DNA of 64,000 nucleotides. Origin: Octopus sinensis. Lineage: Eukaryota. Of this stretch, positions 51,841 to 63,318 are shown piece after piece. The position numbers were made by a program, and so were the translations under genes. The first letter of the stretch is position 1; every line of letters starts with the position of its first letter. Under the pieces are notes generated by a model. That model had not been told where the DNA came from, made no database searches, and worked only from the letters and a program-made list of their open reading frames with translations. The stretch covers positions 117,676,001-117,740,000 of the forward strand of contig NC_043000.1 of assembly GCF_006345805.1 (NCBI RefSeq). Reading direction: 5' to 3'.

Positions 51841-53559
51841 TTAACGTCCACTTTCCATGCTAGCATGGGTTGGACGATTTGACTGAGGACTGGTGAACCA
51901 GCCGGCTGCTCCACGCTCCAGTCTGATCTGGCAGAGTTTCTACAGCTGGATGCCCTTCCTAACGCCAACCACTCTGAGAGTGTAGTGGGTGCTTTTACGT
52001 GCCACTGGCGGTACTGGCAATGGCCACACTCAAAGGGTGTTTTTTAAGTGCCATTTGCACAGGAGTCAGTCCAGTGGCACTGGCAACGACCTCGCTCGAA
52101 TGTTTTGTTCACGTGCCATGATAAAAGATTTTATTAAAGCATTAAGTAGGCAATCTTTACTCAATGTCAAATATTTAAAAAAATGTGTTGGAGTAATTTA
52201 AAACAAATTTTATTATGGTTGACTTTTCCTATGGCAAAAACCATCATCATCATCATCTAGCATCCATTTCCCATGCTTGCATGGGTTCCAAGCTGGAGAG
52301 CTGTACCAAAATCCAGTCTGATTTTGGCTTGGTCCCTACAGCTGGATGTCCGTCCTAACACCATCACTCCAAGAATGTAGTCGGTGCCTTTTATGTGTCA
52401 CCAGCACAGGTGCCTTTTATGTGTTATCATCATGGGTGCCTCTTACGTGTCACTGCAAAATGTACATGTGACACCACAAATGCTTACGGCAAAAGCGTTT
52501 ACGGCAAAATTTCCTATAGCTGATCTTATCAATTTATTGCTGACACATGTCTCACACACACACATTTATCCTTCATCATATTATTGTCATCATTTCATGT
52601 CCACTTTCCATGCTGGCAAGAGTTTGACAGTTTGACTGAAACTGGTAAACCGAAGAGCTGCACCAGAATCCAGACTGATTTTGGCCTGGTTTCTACGGCT
52701 GGATGCTGTTCTGTAAAACAATTATCCACAGAAGTGGAGAAGATAGTCATAATGTCATTCCTGCGACAGTGCTTCCTAGTCAGCTATTATACAAGGCTGG
52801 CTAAAACAGATTGTAGAGTACAGTGGTTTATTCACATCTCAATTTTATTCTCTTTTAAGCCTTTTAGAATTAATAGACTGGACATTGAACTCATTGTGCA
52901 TAGTCTACAAGCAGTCTCACCTCCCCAATCTGGTCATTTGGTAAGAGTGCTTTACTAACCTATGAAATGTTACCCATCAGCTTTTGATCAAGAAGGCTTC
53001 TTACCACCACCTCTTACACATGTATTGTCAAAATTGCATCCCAAAGAGCAGGCATCTTTTTCAAAGCCAACTTATCTTTCAGCTTTAAACAGTTGCTGGT
53101 TGCAACAAATTTCAAAGCTTTGGAATAAGGTGCAGCTTTTTCGTAGCTGGCGTTTTGAGTTGGCCGACTGGACATCGGACCTGTCTTGGTAGTGATGCTT
53201 TTTGGCATTGAAAGCAAACGTGCACACCCATGCAAGCGCACCCACATGCACACACACACACACACCACACACACACAAATATACAAGTACAGAGAGAGAG
53301 TGTGTGTGTGTGTGAGAGACAGAGAGAGAGAGAAACTGTGTATTTGTGTGTGTGTGTGTGAGAGAGAGAAAGAGCGAGTGTATTTGTGTGAGAGAGAGAG
53401 AAAGAGTGTGCATCTGTGTGTGTGAGAGAGAAAGAGGGTGAGAGAGAGTTAGAGGGAGATAAACATACATTACAATTAATTGACTACAACTGACATAAAC
53501 ACTTTTCCACACCTCACACATAGGAAGAACACAAGAGTGTAATGGGTATTTTTACATAC

Positions 53560-53982
53560 CATCGGCACGTGTGCCATTTGTGTGACACCAGTATCTGCCA
53601 CGACTGTGATTTTGCTCAGCTTAATGAGTCTTCTCAAGCATGACATAATGCCAAAGGTCTTGGGCATTGCCTCCGTGAGGCCCAACACTTGAAAGGAGCT
53701 CAGCCACTTTGCCTCCAATACTTGAAAGGAACTCAGCCGCCTCACCTCCGTGAGGCCCATTCGAAAGGAACTTGGCCACCTTGCCTCTGTGAGGCCCAGC
53801 ACTCGAAAGGAACTTGGCCACCTTGCCTCTGTGAGGTCCAGCACTTGAAAGGAACTCGGCTACTTCGTGTCTGTGAGGCCCAGCACTTGAAAAGAACTAG
53901 TCACTTTACCTCCATGAGGCCCAGGAGCTCAACCACTTTGCCTCCATAAGGCCCAATGCTTGAAAGGAACTCAGCCACCTTG
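53560..53982 (-). repeat. RTE LINE 3' end with 42-bp minisatellite (~8 units, 53668-53982)
   Basis: Unit TGCCTCTGTGAGGCCCAGCACTTGAAAGGAACTCAGCCACCT encodes RWPSSFRVLGLTEA on the minus strand and runs into GLTEAM...DLW...LEKT. Confidence 0.75.
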
Positions 53983-54656
53983 TCAACAAATCCAACCCTT
54001 TGAATTACAGTTTCAAGACGTTTTTTGCCAGCTCAGTGGACTGGAGCAACGTGAAAATAAAGTGTCAAAGCACCACTGGGAATCGAACTCATGACTTTAC
54101 GATTGTGAACGAAATACCCTAACCACTAAGCCATGCTCCTTCACACATGTAATGAAATAGATGACAAAGGAGAATGTGAATATAAACCAGCTTCTTTCCT
54201 TTCCAGTATGTATTGTTTAAAGTCACATGAGAAGTTGTTTTATATTTGTAGACTTTATAGACATAGGCATGGCTGTGTGGTAAAGGAATTTGCTTCGCAG
54301 CCTCTTGGTTTGGGGTTCAGTCTCAGTGCATGGCACTTTGAGCCAGTGATACATGTATGTATATATACATACATGTGTATATGGTCTTGAAATTGCATGA
54401 CTGTTGTGAATGAATGTCATTCATTTGTGGTATTCTTCAAAAAGATGTCTGGCTTTGGGGAAAGTATTACCTTGCTTGTAAACAGGTGAGGGTTGGTGAC
54501 AAGAAGGGCATATGATGGCAAAAAATCTACCTCATTAAACTCCATCCAGCCCATGCAAGTATGGAAATGTGGACATTAAAATGATGATGATGATTTCTTT
54601 TAGATTTAATTTTGTTATAATTTTTGTAAATTCGGTTCTTTTAATTTTCTTTTCAG

Positions 54657-54700
54657 GCCCACCTTTACAGAGACATTTCTCAGATATTTCACCACGTCAG
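54657..54700 (+). CDS. Exon 4 (44 nt)
   Basis: TTTTCTTTTCAG acceptor, CPPLQRHFSDISPRQ, CAG|GTATGT donor; phase 1 to 0. Confidence 0.65.
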
Positions 54701-55550
54701 GTATGTCTCATGTTTGTTCTTTAGTTAGAGTGGAGGCAATCATGAAATTAGCATATCTCTCTCTTTCTCGCGGAACCCTGGTTTAGAAACGCTGCCCTAG
54801 ACTATGCAGCTTAACCAGGGCTATTTAGTACTACATAAATCTGGTGGACTCTGGTGAACTCTTCTATTGTAAACAACAAATGTTGATTCTGCAACATCTT
54901 GCTGAACAACCTGTTCAGATGATTCATTACACTTGGTCAAATGTTTTATGCCCTACATTAGTTCCCTCCCTTAACATTGCCTGTACAAGATCAGGGTATG
55001 TCAGACATCTGATGTGTGACACACCATAGTCCTGTACACCACACATTAGATTGCAGAAAAGTATGAAATAAAGTGTTTTGCTCACAAACATAATGCAGTC
55101 TGGGAATCAAAACCACAATCTTGTGATCATAAGGGCAACACCGTAACCGATAAGCCACTTGCCTTCACTACATAAATCTACTGTTGTACTACATATTTAT
55201 TTCTTTGAAGGATGCTCTTTTATCAGTTCTAGTGATTGATATTTGGGTTGTTGAGTGTTTAAAGGGGTTGGGTTTACCTCTCATTTATTTACTTGCTATT
55301 AAATGATTTAAAAGTTCTGCCATAAGTCATTCACATTCTGCACTGGGGTTGGAATTTTACATTTCATTCCATGTACTGTAAATTCTTTTAAGTAAATTAA
55401 ATTCTAATCTGCTATATTTGTCTCTACTTACAAAGTGATCCTTATGCTCAGTCAGAGGAAAATTGCCTTGTCTTAAAATTGCCTTGTCTTAAAATTGTCT
55501 TGTCTTATTTTGGCTATATACTTTTATACCTTAAATTCGTTTCTTTTCAG

Positions 55551-55652
55551 AAATGCAATTACAATTTGCGACCACGGAACAGTCTAAATGCAGTTAATCA
55601 CAGAGAAATGAAAGAAATTCCAGAATTTTCTAGAAACGAGAAACAAATATAA
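55551..55652 (+). CDS. Exon 5 (terminal)
   Basis: TTTCTTTTCAG acceptor; KCNYNLRPRNSLNAVNHREMKEIPEFSRNEKQI*; the five exons sum to 1416 nt = 471 aa + stop. Confidence 0.68.
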   Translation, partial: KCNYNLRPRNSLNAVNHREMKEIPEFSRNEKQI

Positions 55653-56099
55653 TTTTTAAATTATTTATATTTATAGTAAATTAGCATAATTGTTAATATG
55701 CTGGATGATGTGCCTTGTTGTTATGAATTCCAGCTCTTTATATTCTAAGCTCAAATCTTGCTGAGATCAATTTTGCCTTTCATACTTCCAGAGTTAATAA
55801 AGTACCAGTCAATTACTAAGCTCAATCTAATCGACTAACACACATTTTGATGCCTTGTGCCTATATATTTATTTTGATATTTATAACACATTCTCCACCA
55901 TCAGTTCACCTAGAGAATGAATGTTCTCAGACCTACTATAAAATTTGAAAGTAATTATCTACATATGAAACAAATGATGGGACATGCTACTGTTCTCCAT
56001 CATCAAGCATGAATGAAATTATGATGGAGTTATTTTCTCTTCCTTTATTGGCCATGACATGCATGATTAATTCACATTTTATGTATTTTCTATGTTTAA

Positions 56100-57176
56100 C
56101 CCTTTCGTTACTATATTTCTGACCAAAATACACCCCTTATGTGTTTCAATTAATTTCTAACGTATTCATAAATTTAGTCTGGTTTCATTAAACAACTATA
56201 ACTTTTTTATTTATCAATATATTAACGTGAATTTTGGAAGATAATTTAATGAAATGTTCTCAACCAATTCTATACTATAATTTTTGTCACAAAGTGACTC
56301 TAATTGCAGGTAGATACAGGTAAATTCAACAAAATATAAAATTATTAAAATTTTGTTCAAACATCGCTATAGAAAATGGGTTATTAGCTAATATTCAATT
56401 GGGTATACAACAAAATTTTACGATAGAATTTGTTATTCTGGGTAACTTTCTGATACCCATAATAATATTTATGGCAAAATAGTCTTAATTTCATTTAAGG
56501 TTGTGGGAAACCACAATCTATCGTTTCTTTCGCTTTGTTTACGTTTAGCGTAACGGTTCGTTTCCGCCGTAATGATTTCAAATAGGCTCATTCGAAAAAG
56601 TAAAAAGAAATAGTCTAAGGCTTTACTCTTCTGGGAAAGTCTGTGGCTTGGTCCAGTTTCTTCAGAAAAATCACCGAAAGAAACAGTTTTTAAATTTTCA
56701 CTCCATTCAGGTGACAATTCATTTTCTTTATCGCTGTCGGAGCTCTCGGATTCACTGTTTTCACTTTCGGAAAATGAAACATCAGATTCATTATCAAATA
56801 CCACATGCATTTTTTTTTTTAGTCATAGAGTTAGATTTATGAAGGTCTTCAGTAGAAAATCCTTCAAATTCTGACTCGCTGCTTGATATAATGAAATTCG
56901 TATCCATTTTTTGTTAGAATTACAAATTTTGAAAACACAATAGGAACAAATTTCGGAAAAAAATCTCCCAAAATTCACGGAATTAAAATTACACTTCGAT
57001 TTTTGTACAAAACTGTAGTTGAACTGTTTACGAAGTATAATTCGTGTTTTCACGAATGTACTAAAGAGATTTGCTCTGATATTCTCATTTAAATATGAAT
57101 AGGTAAATTCGGGCGGTTTTGGGTGGCTTGGTCACATTAACCAGAATTTTTTTCGGGCGGTTTGGTAACGAAAGGG
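56100..57176 (-). mobile_element. Internally deleted piggyBac element (1077 bp) with transposase N-terminus
   Basis: TTAA-CCCTTTCGTTAC ... GTAACGAAAGGG-TTAA; acidic N-terminus then FSEETGP...ALDYFFLLF...IITAETNRYA...WFPTTLNEIK (ATG probably 56907, frameshift in the A-run ~56812). Confidence 0.9.
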
Positions 57177-57305
57177 TTAAGGCAGCGAACTAGCAGAGTT
57201 GTTAGCATGCTGGGCAAAATGCTTAGTGGCATTTAGCCTGTCTTTTCGTTTTGAGTTCAAATCCTGCCAAGATCAACTTTGCCTTTCATCCTTTCAGGGT
57301 CAATA

Positions 57306-57806
57306 AAATTACAGCAACATTCGTCCTAAACCAGGACTGCCATGTTATGTTGGCGAGTAATCTTTACTACAAAGTACTGTTGCTGAATATTTCACATTGT
57401 GAGATTTAAAAATAGGTTAATAAAATTACAGCAACATACTGTTGCTGAATATCTCTTGTTGTGAGATTTAAATATAGTAATTTTCTAATTTATAAATCAG
57501 TGACTAGTTGTTACTTTGAAAACTATATCGAATGGGAATTTGGCAGCACCACCTGTACCTGAACAATTATTCTGTGCTGATGAAGGGAAATAACCCAGAA
57601 ATCGTGAAACACAGATATTGTTTTGAGCTGACTGGGGATGCTAGATTCCCTTGTTCGAAAATATAAGGATATAAATCGTGTCGTATAGCCAGATGTCTCC
57701 TGGGGCTAAATTACAGCAACATTAGTCCTAAACCAGGACAGTAATGTTATGTTGCTAAACAATCTTTACTCCAAAGTATTGTTGCTGAATATCTCACGTT
57801 GTGAGA
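57306..57806. mobile_element. ~500-bp insert with ~100-bp terminal direct repeats, nested in a SINE A copy
   Basis: AATTACAGCAACATT.GTCCTAAACCAGGAC...GTTGCTGAATAT.TCAC.TTGTGAGA at ~57306 and ~57709; SINE A core stops at 57305 and resumes AAGTACCAGTTG at ~57807. Confidence 0.65.
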
Positions 57807-58196
57807 AGTACCAGTTGGACACTGAGGTCTTCCTTCAAATTGCTGGTCTTGTGCAGAAATTTGAAACATTTATGTTCTGAGTTCAAATTCCACTGAGGTC
57901 GACTTTGCCTTTCATCCTTTCAGGGTCCATAAAATAAGTACCAGTTGGACACTGGGGCCAATGTAAGTGACTTGCTTCCTGCCTCAAAATTGCTGGCTTT
58001 GTGCCAAAGCCTGAAACCAATATTTTCTATGTTTATTTCAATGGATCAACTAAATCTAATATTCATATTATTTATAAAATATTTTTAAATCTCACTTCTG
58101 TTATTATGATCAGTTGTAATTATTGTATTGGATATTATATAATTTTGTAAACTGATCACGCCTCATGATCATAAATATCTCTTTTATATTATTTAA

Positions 58197-58414
58197 CCCT
58201 TTCGTTACCAACCCGGCTGAAACCGGCTCTTGCTCTGAGTACAAATGTCTTGTTTTCATGTTTTGAATTAAAATCTCCCACCAAACCTTAGTCACAATTT
58301 ATGCTCCTAACACTAGCTTAATGATAACTAAGTTATTTTACTAAATTCTTTGTTATATTTAAAGTAATTGAAAGAAACACAGAGCATCTCAAGATAAATA
58401 CAGTAACGAAAGGG
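58197..58414 (+). mobile_element. piggyBac-type MITE (218 bp)
   Basis: TTAA-CCCTTTCGTTAC ... GTAACGAAAGGG-TTAA, the same terminal 12 bp as 56100-57176. Confidence 0.88.
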
Positions 58415-58550
58415 TTAAGGTTTGTTGTCATGTAATTTTGTTTTGATACAAGTTTTTAAAGTTATTAAACATTTTTATCAAGCATTTTTATTTACTTATT
58501 TATTTATATTTTGTATTGAGACTGAGTTCAAACATTGAATTGTATGAATA

Positions 58551-58758
58551 ACTCTCCTCCCTCCCTGTCTGTCTCATTCACTCTCCTCCCTCCCTCTGTC
58601 TCATTCACTCTCCTCCCTCCCTCCCTCTGTCTCATTCACTCTCCTCCCTCCCTCTGTCTCATTCACACTTCACCCTCCCTCTGTCTCATTCACTCTCCTC
58701 CCTCCCTCTGTCTCATTCACTCTCCTCCCTCCCTCTGTCTCATTCACTCTCCTCCCTT
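58551..58758. repeat. 27-bp minisatellite, ~8 copies
   Basis: Unit ACTCTCCTCCCTCCCTCTGTCTCATTC. Confidence 0.9.
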
Positions 58759-58810
58759 CCATGAACTCAACACGTTTTACTTCATTCTCTCCTTATTTAT
58801 TTTCTCATTC

Positions 58811-58846
58811 CTTTCTGATGAAGAGCATATGCTCGAAATATAAAAG
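58811..58846 (+). ncRNA. Minimal PLE-type hammerhead motif within a short PLE-derived element (~58765-58945)
   Basis: CTTT-CTGATGA-A-GAGC-ATAT-GCTC-GAAA-TA-T-A-AAAG: intact core, 4-bp stems I and II, palindromic ATAT stem III. Confidence 0.6.
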
Positions 58847-59254
58847 ACTTTTCCATTTTTTTTCCTGTGTGTCAAAATAATACACTTGCTTGTTGTTCCT
58901 ACACCTGTCTTCATCTTTTGTTTTTCTGTAAATTTGAACTATATATAAAGGTTTGAATAACCAGGATATTTAACATTGGCAAGCTCAGTCCACTCACCTG
59001 TAAAGAGGTTCTTGTAGAGGCTGCACTCAGTGATTAATATAGAAAACTTTATAGGCAATGATGATGACTATCATTGTTTGAGGTCCATGTTGCAAGCTAT
59101 CATTGATTGCACGGCTTTACAAAATCCGATGGGTTCATGGGATGCATCATGTTTTTCTGTCTTCTTTGACATGGTTTCTGTGCCTGAATGCTCTTCTTCA
59201 TGCCAACCACTTTACTGTATGTACTGAGTGCTTTTTCCATGCCACATGAAGCCA

Positions 59255-59580
59255 ACATGCTTTGCCGGATGGGTAATGTCAGTGTGCATGTATGACAGTG
59301 TAAATGATTTAAAATGAAAACTGGTTATAAGAGGCATCAGATAATGTGTGCAAGAGAGAACCCTGTGCTGGTTTGGTCATGTGATGCATACGGATGAGGA
59401 CAGCTGCATAAAGAAGTGCCAAGCTCTAATTGTGGAGGGTACTTGTGGACGAGGTAGAGCCAGGAAGACATGGGACGGAAGGATCTCAGGACACAAGAAC
59501 CTACTGGAAATGAAAAGGGAGTGGGAGATGTGGGGATTTGCTGCACTTGGTAAGACATGTCAAGCTAAGTAAAATCAGTC
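59255..59580 (+). mobile_element. RTE LINE ORF2 C-terminal relic
   Basis: VQERTLCWFGHVMHTDEDSCIKKC...VEGTCGRGRARKTWD...LGKTCQAK*. Confidence 0.8.
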
Positions 59581-59730
59581 TTCCACACATGTAGACTTAT
59601 CCTTTACCACATTGTGTGTGTGTGTGTGCGTGCGCGTGTGAAGGCGAATTTCCTAGTGGTTAAGGTTTTGTACACGAAATCGTGGTTTCCGTTCCCGGAA
59701 ATGCGGTGCGTTGCACTAGAAAAGCTAGAG

Positions 59731-59870
59731 TGTGTGCCACCCGGGGCGGCCATTCCGTTTGCTTTCTGCAGACCCAAAAGTGGTGTCCCCTTAAAAGTGC
59801 CACCCGGGGCGGCCATTCCGTTTGCTTTCTGCAGACCCAAAAGTGGTGTCCCCTTAAAAGTGCCATCCGG
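59731..59870. repeat. ~63-bp tandem duplication inside an insert splitting a SINE head
   Basis: GTGCCACCCGGGGCGGCCATTCCGTTTGCTTTCTGCAGACCCAAAAGTGGTGTCCC(C)TTAAAA twice, plus a partial third start. Confidence 0.8.
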
Positions 59871-60079
59871 GCCGGACCGCCCCTACCGTTCCCCAGCTAC
59901 GCTGGCAGTGTTTTGTGTTCTTGAGTAAAACTTCGTTTCACGTAACTCTGCTACCACTTCGTCATCTGACGATGGCAATGTCGATTTGATGGAGGTATCA
60001 CTATCCTTGTTCGTTGTTCAGTTAGAAATTGTGGAGCCCTCGCCTGTCATCTGCGACGGGAGAGTTCACGACAGTCATC

Positions 60080-60410
60080 ATCATCATTGTTGGACCGTGG
60101 TCGAGACAATGGAATTTACTATGTTACGCCAGACCTCACGGTCCATCATAGCATTACGGAGGTCCTGTTGCTGGATGCCTGTATCCCTGGTGATTACATC
60201 AGGGTAGGAGAGTGTGTGCCCTCTGGTATCGCGACCAGATGGCTTCCAGAGGAGAAGAGTAGAAATTACCTCGTTTTCAGCTCTACAGCAAACTGGACTC
60301 TTCTACTTTTCACAAGAGATGATACAGGTGGTAATTTCCCATATATTTGTACTTTGGTTGGATGACGCTTCAAATACAAGGCATCGAAACATTTTGTCGC
60401 CTTCCTACAA
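60080..60410 (-). mobile_element. RTE-like LINE ORF2 3' end with (GAT)n tail
   Basis: Minus strand KRHPTKVQIYGKLPPVSSLVKSRRVQFA...EVISTLLLWKP...SYPDVITRDTG...MMDREVWRNIVNSI...QQ* TGATGATG. Confidence 0.8.
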
Positions 60411-60499
60411 ACTGATCGCAGACGAGGTGCCAGTGATTAAAGTCACTTGAGATGCAAACAAAACTCCCAAATCTATCAGCGATGGTTATTTCTTCATCC

Positions 60500-60689
60500 T
60501 GTATTCTTTCACTTGCTTCAGTCATATGACTGCGGCCACGCTGGGGCACCGCCTTTATATCGAGCAAATCGGCCCCGGGACTTATTCTTTGTAAACCTAA
60601 TACTTATTCTATCGGTATCTTTCGCCGAACCACTACTATACTGGGAGGTAAACACACCAGCGAAGTTGTCAAAAGAAGTTGTGGGGGAT

Positions 60690-60738
<49 letters not shown>

Positions 60739-60809
60739 ACACACACACACACACACACGCACACACACTCTATCTATCTATCTAATATAAACATATATAT
60801 ATATATATA

Positions 60810-60864
<55 letters not shown>

Positions 60865-60950
60865 GACTGGCTTCTTTCAGTTTGTGTCGACCAAATCCAC
60901 TCGCAAGGCTTTAGTCGGCCTGAGGCTATAGTAGAAGACACTTGACCATT
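60500..60950 (-). mobile_element. SINE family B copy
   Basis: Both halves with an expanded central (CA)/(TA) tract. Confidence 0.75.
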
Positions 60951-61282
60951 ATATACAAGGCTACTTTATCACTGAGAATTTGCCGGTAAGAGGTGAGAAC
61001 ATAATTTTTAAAATCAGTATGAGAATTGGAAACACAAAAATATAAAAATATTCATGAAGTTATCTCCCTTATATTTTGAAGGTGATTAAAAATTTGTCCA
61101 AGGGGAAAAACTCTTTATCGTTTCTTGCACTAAGTATTCTGGAACATCATATGAGAATTTTCTTTACACACTCACACACACACACACACAGAGGCAAGGG
61201 ACTAATGCTATAGAAAATAAGTAAGCTCCCGAATAGGTGATTTCACGTCCTGGTGTACCTACGTAAGTCCATTGACTCTGCG

Positions 61283-61850
61283 AGCTGGCACAAACGCTAG
61301 CACGCCGGGCGAAATGCGTAGCCGTATTTCGTCTGTCGTTACGTTCTTGAGTTCAAATTCCACCGAGGTCGACTTTGCCTTTCATCTTTCCGGGGTCGAT
61401 TAAATAAGTACCAGTTACGCACTGGAATCGATGCAATCGACTTAATCCCTTTGTCTGTCCTTGTTTGTCTCCTCTATGTTTAGCTCCTTGTGGGCAATAA
61501 AGAAATAGGTATTTTGTCTGCCGTTACGTTCTGAGTTCAAATTCCACCGAGATCGACTTTGCCTTTCATCCTTTCGGGGTCAATTAAATAAGTACCAGTT
61601 ACGCTCTGGGATCGATGAAATCTACTTAATAGCTATGTCTGTCCTTGTTTGTCTCCTCTATGTTTAGCTCCCTGTGGGTTGTGAAAGAATAGGTATTTTG
61701 TCTGTCTTTACGTTCAGAATTCAAATTCCGCCGAGGTCGACTTTGCCTTTCATCCTTTCAGTGTCTATAAATTAAGTACCAGCTGCGTACTGGGGTCGGT
61801 GTAATCGACTGGCCCCTCCCCCAAAATTTCGGGCCTTGTGCCAAGAGAAG
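61283..61850 (+). mobile_element. SINE family A trimer (one head, three ~184-bp bodies)
   Basis: GTATTT(C/T)GTCTG restarts at 61324, 61509 and 61693. Confidence 0.8.
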
Positions 61851-61854
61851 ATAA

Positions 61855-61960
61855 AAATATTGCTCCATGACTCCCCGCAAATTATTGCTCCTTGACCCCG
61901 CCTCCCAAATTATTGCTCCTTGACGCCTCCCCCTTCCAAAAATTGCTCCTTGACCCCCAA
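61855..61960. repeat. Four short spaced repeats AA(A)TTATTGCTCCTTGAC
   Basis: Directly visible, with C-rich variable spacers. Confidence 0.75.
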
Positions 61961-62154
61961 AACAACAACAACAACGCATGATGATGAGATTTTTAAAAAC
62001 GCAACGATGAGGCGGCACAATACATAAAGAGTATTCAGTCATCTTTTACTTGTTTCAGTCATTGGAATGTGGCCATGCTGGAGGAACTTTAGTCAACGAA
62101 ATGAACCTCAGTACCTATTTAAAGTCTGGTGCATATCATATCGGTCTTTATAAA

Positions 62155-62155
62155 C

Positions 62156-62227
<72 letters not shown>

Positions 62228-62243
62228 TGAGAAAGTTGGTGTG

Positions 62244-62314
<71 letters not shown>

Positions 62315-62375
62315 ATATGTATATATGTATGTATATAATATACATATAAATGTATAATGTTTGTATATATATCTG

Positions 62376-62408
<33 letters not shown>

Positions 62409-62536
62409 TTATATATATATATATACACACACACATATATATATATATTTATATATATATATGTTTATATGCATATTTATGTATATATGTATGTTTATAT
62501 ATATATATGTATATATTTATATATATATATATTTAT

Positions 62537-62570
<34 letters not shown>

Positions 62571-62613
62571 GTTTATATATATGTGTATGTATATATGTTT
62601 ATATATGTATATA

Positions 62614-62645
<32 letters not shown>

Positions 62646-62734
62646 GTATATAATATATATATATATATATTATATATGTATATATGTATGTATATAATAT
62701 ACATATAAATGTATATGTTTGTATATATATATGT

Positions 62735-62798
<64 letters not shown>

Positions 62799-62870
62799 CA
62801 CACATATATATATATATACACACATATATATATATATATATGTATATATGTATATACACACATTATTTAT
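62155..62870. repeat. Long interrupted (TA)n/(TATG)n microsatellite field
   Basis: Directly visible. Confidence 0.95.
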
Positions 62871-63254
62871 TAACGGTGGAAGCAGCATTAGTTCAAAATA
62901 GTAATCTGTCTGCGCATCGTTTACTTAACGTGAATATACTATAAGAAACTGACAATGCTGCGGTATTCGCCCTGAGTAATCATTCTGTGTAGATGTATAG
63001 TGCTAAAAAGCACGGAAGTGAATCAATAGCAAATGAAAAGCATCCATTAGCAGCGCTAGAATTGCAAAGCCCAGATTTCTGTGTCTGTGCACGTCATCTG
63101 TAGCGAGATGCCGCTCTATCAACTGGAAGCTTAGACAAATTTCGCTTCTGCTGACAGAGGAAAATCGTTATTAACTAATTAGTAGCGTTGCAAATAGCCC
63201 GCGGTCTGCGTAAAAACTCGTTATTAGCGACAGAAGCAGAATTACACACACCGA

Positions 63255-63318
<64 letters not shown>

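Noticed and set aside
57571-57615. CTGATGA-AGGG-AAATAA-CCC-A-GAAA with stem TCTGTG/CACAGA
   Set aside because: No NUH triplet before stem I, so it is not called a ribozyme.
61855-61960. CRISPR-like repeat-spacer pattern (also 49-50 kb)
   Set aside because: Eukaryotic context, degenerate repeats, low-complexity related spacers, and no cas genes.
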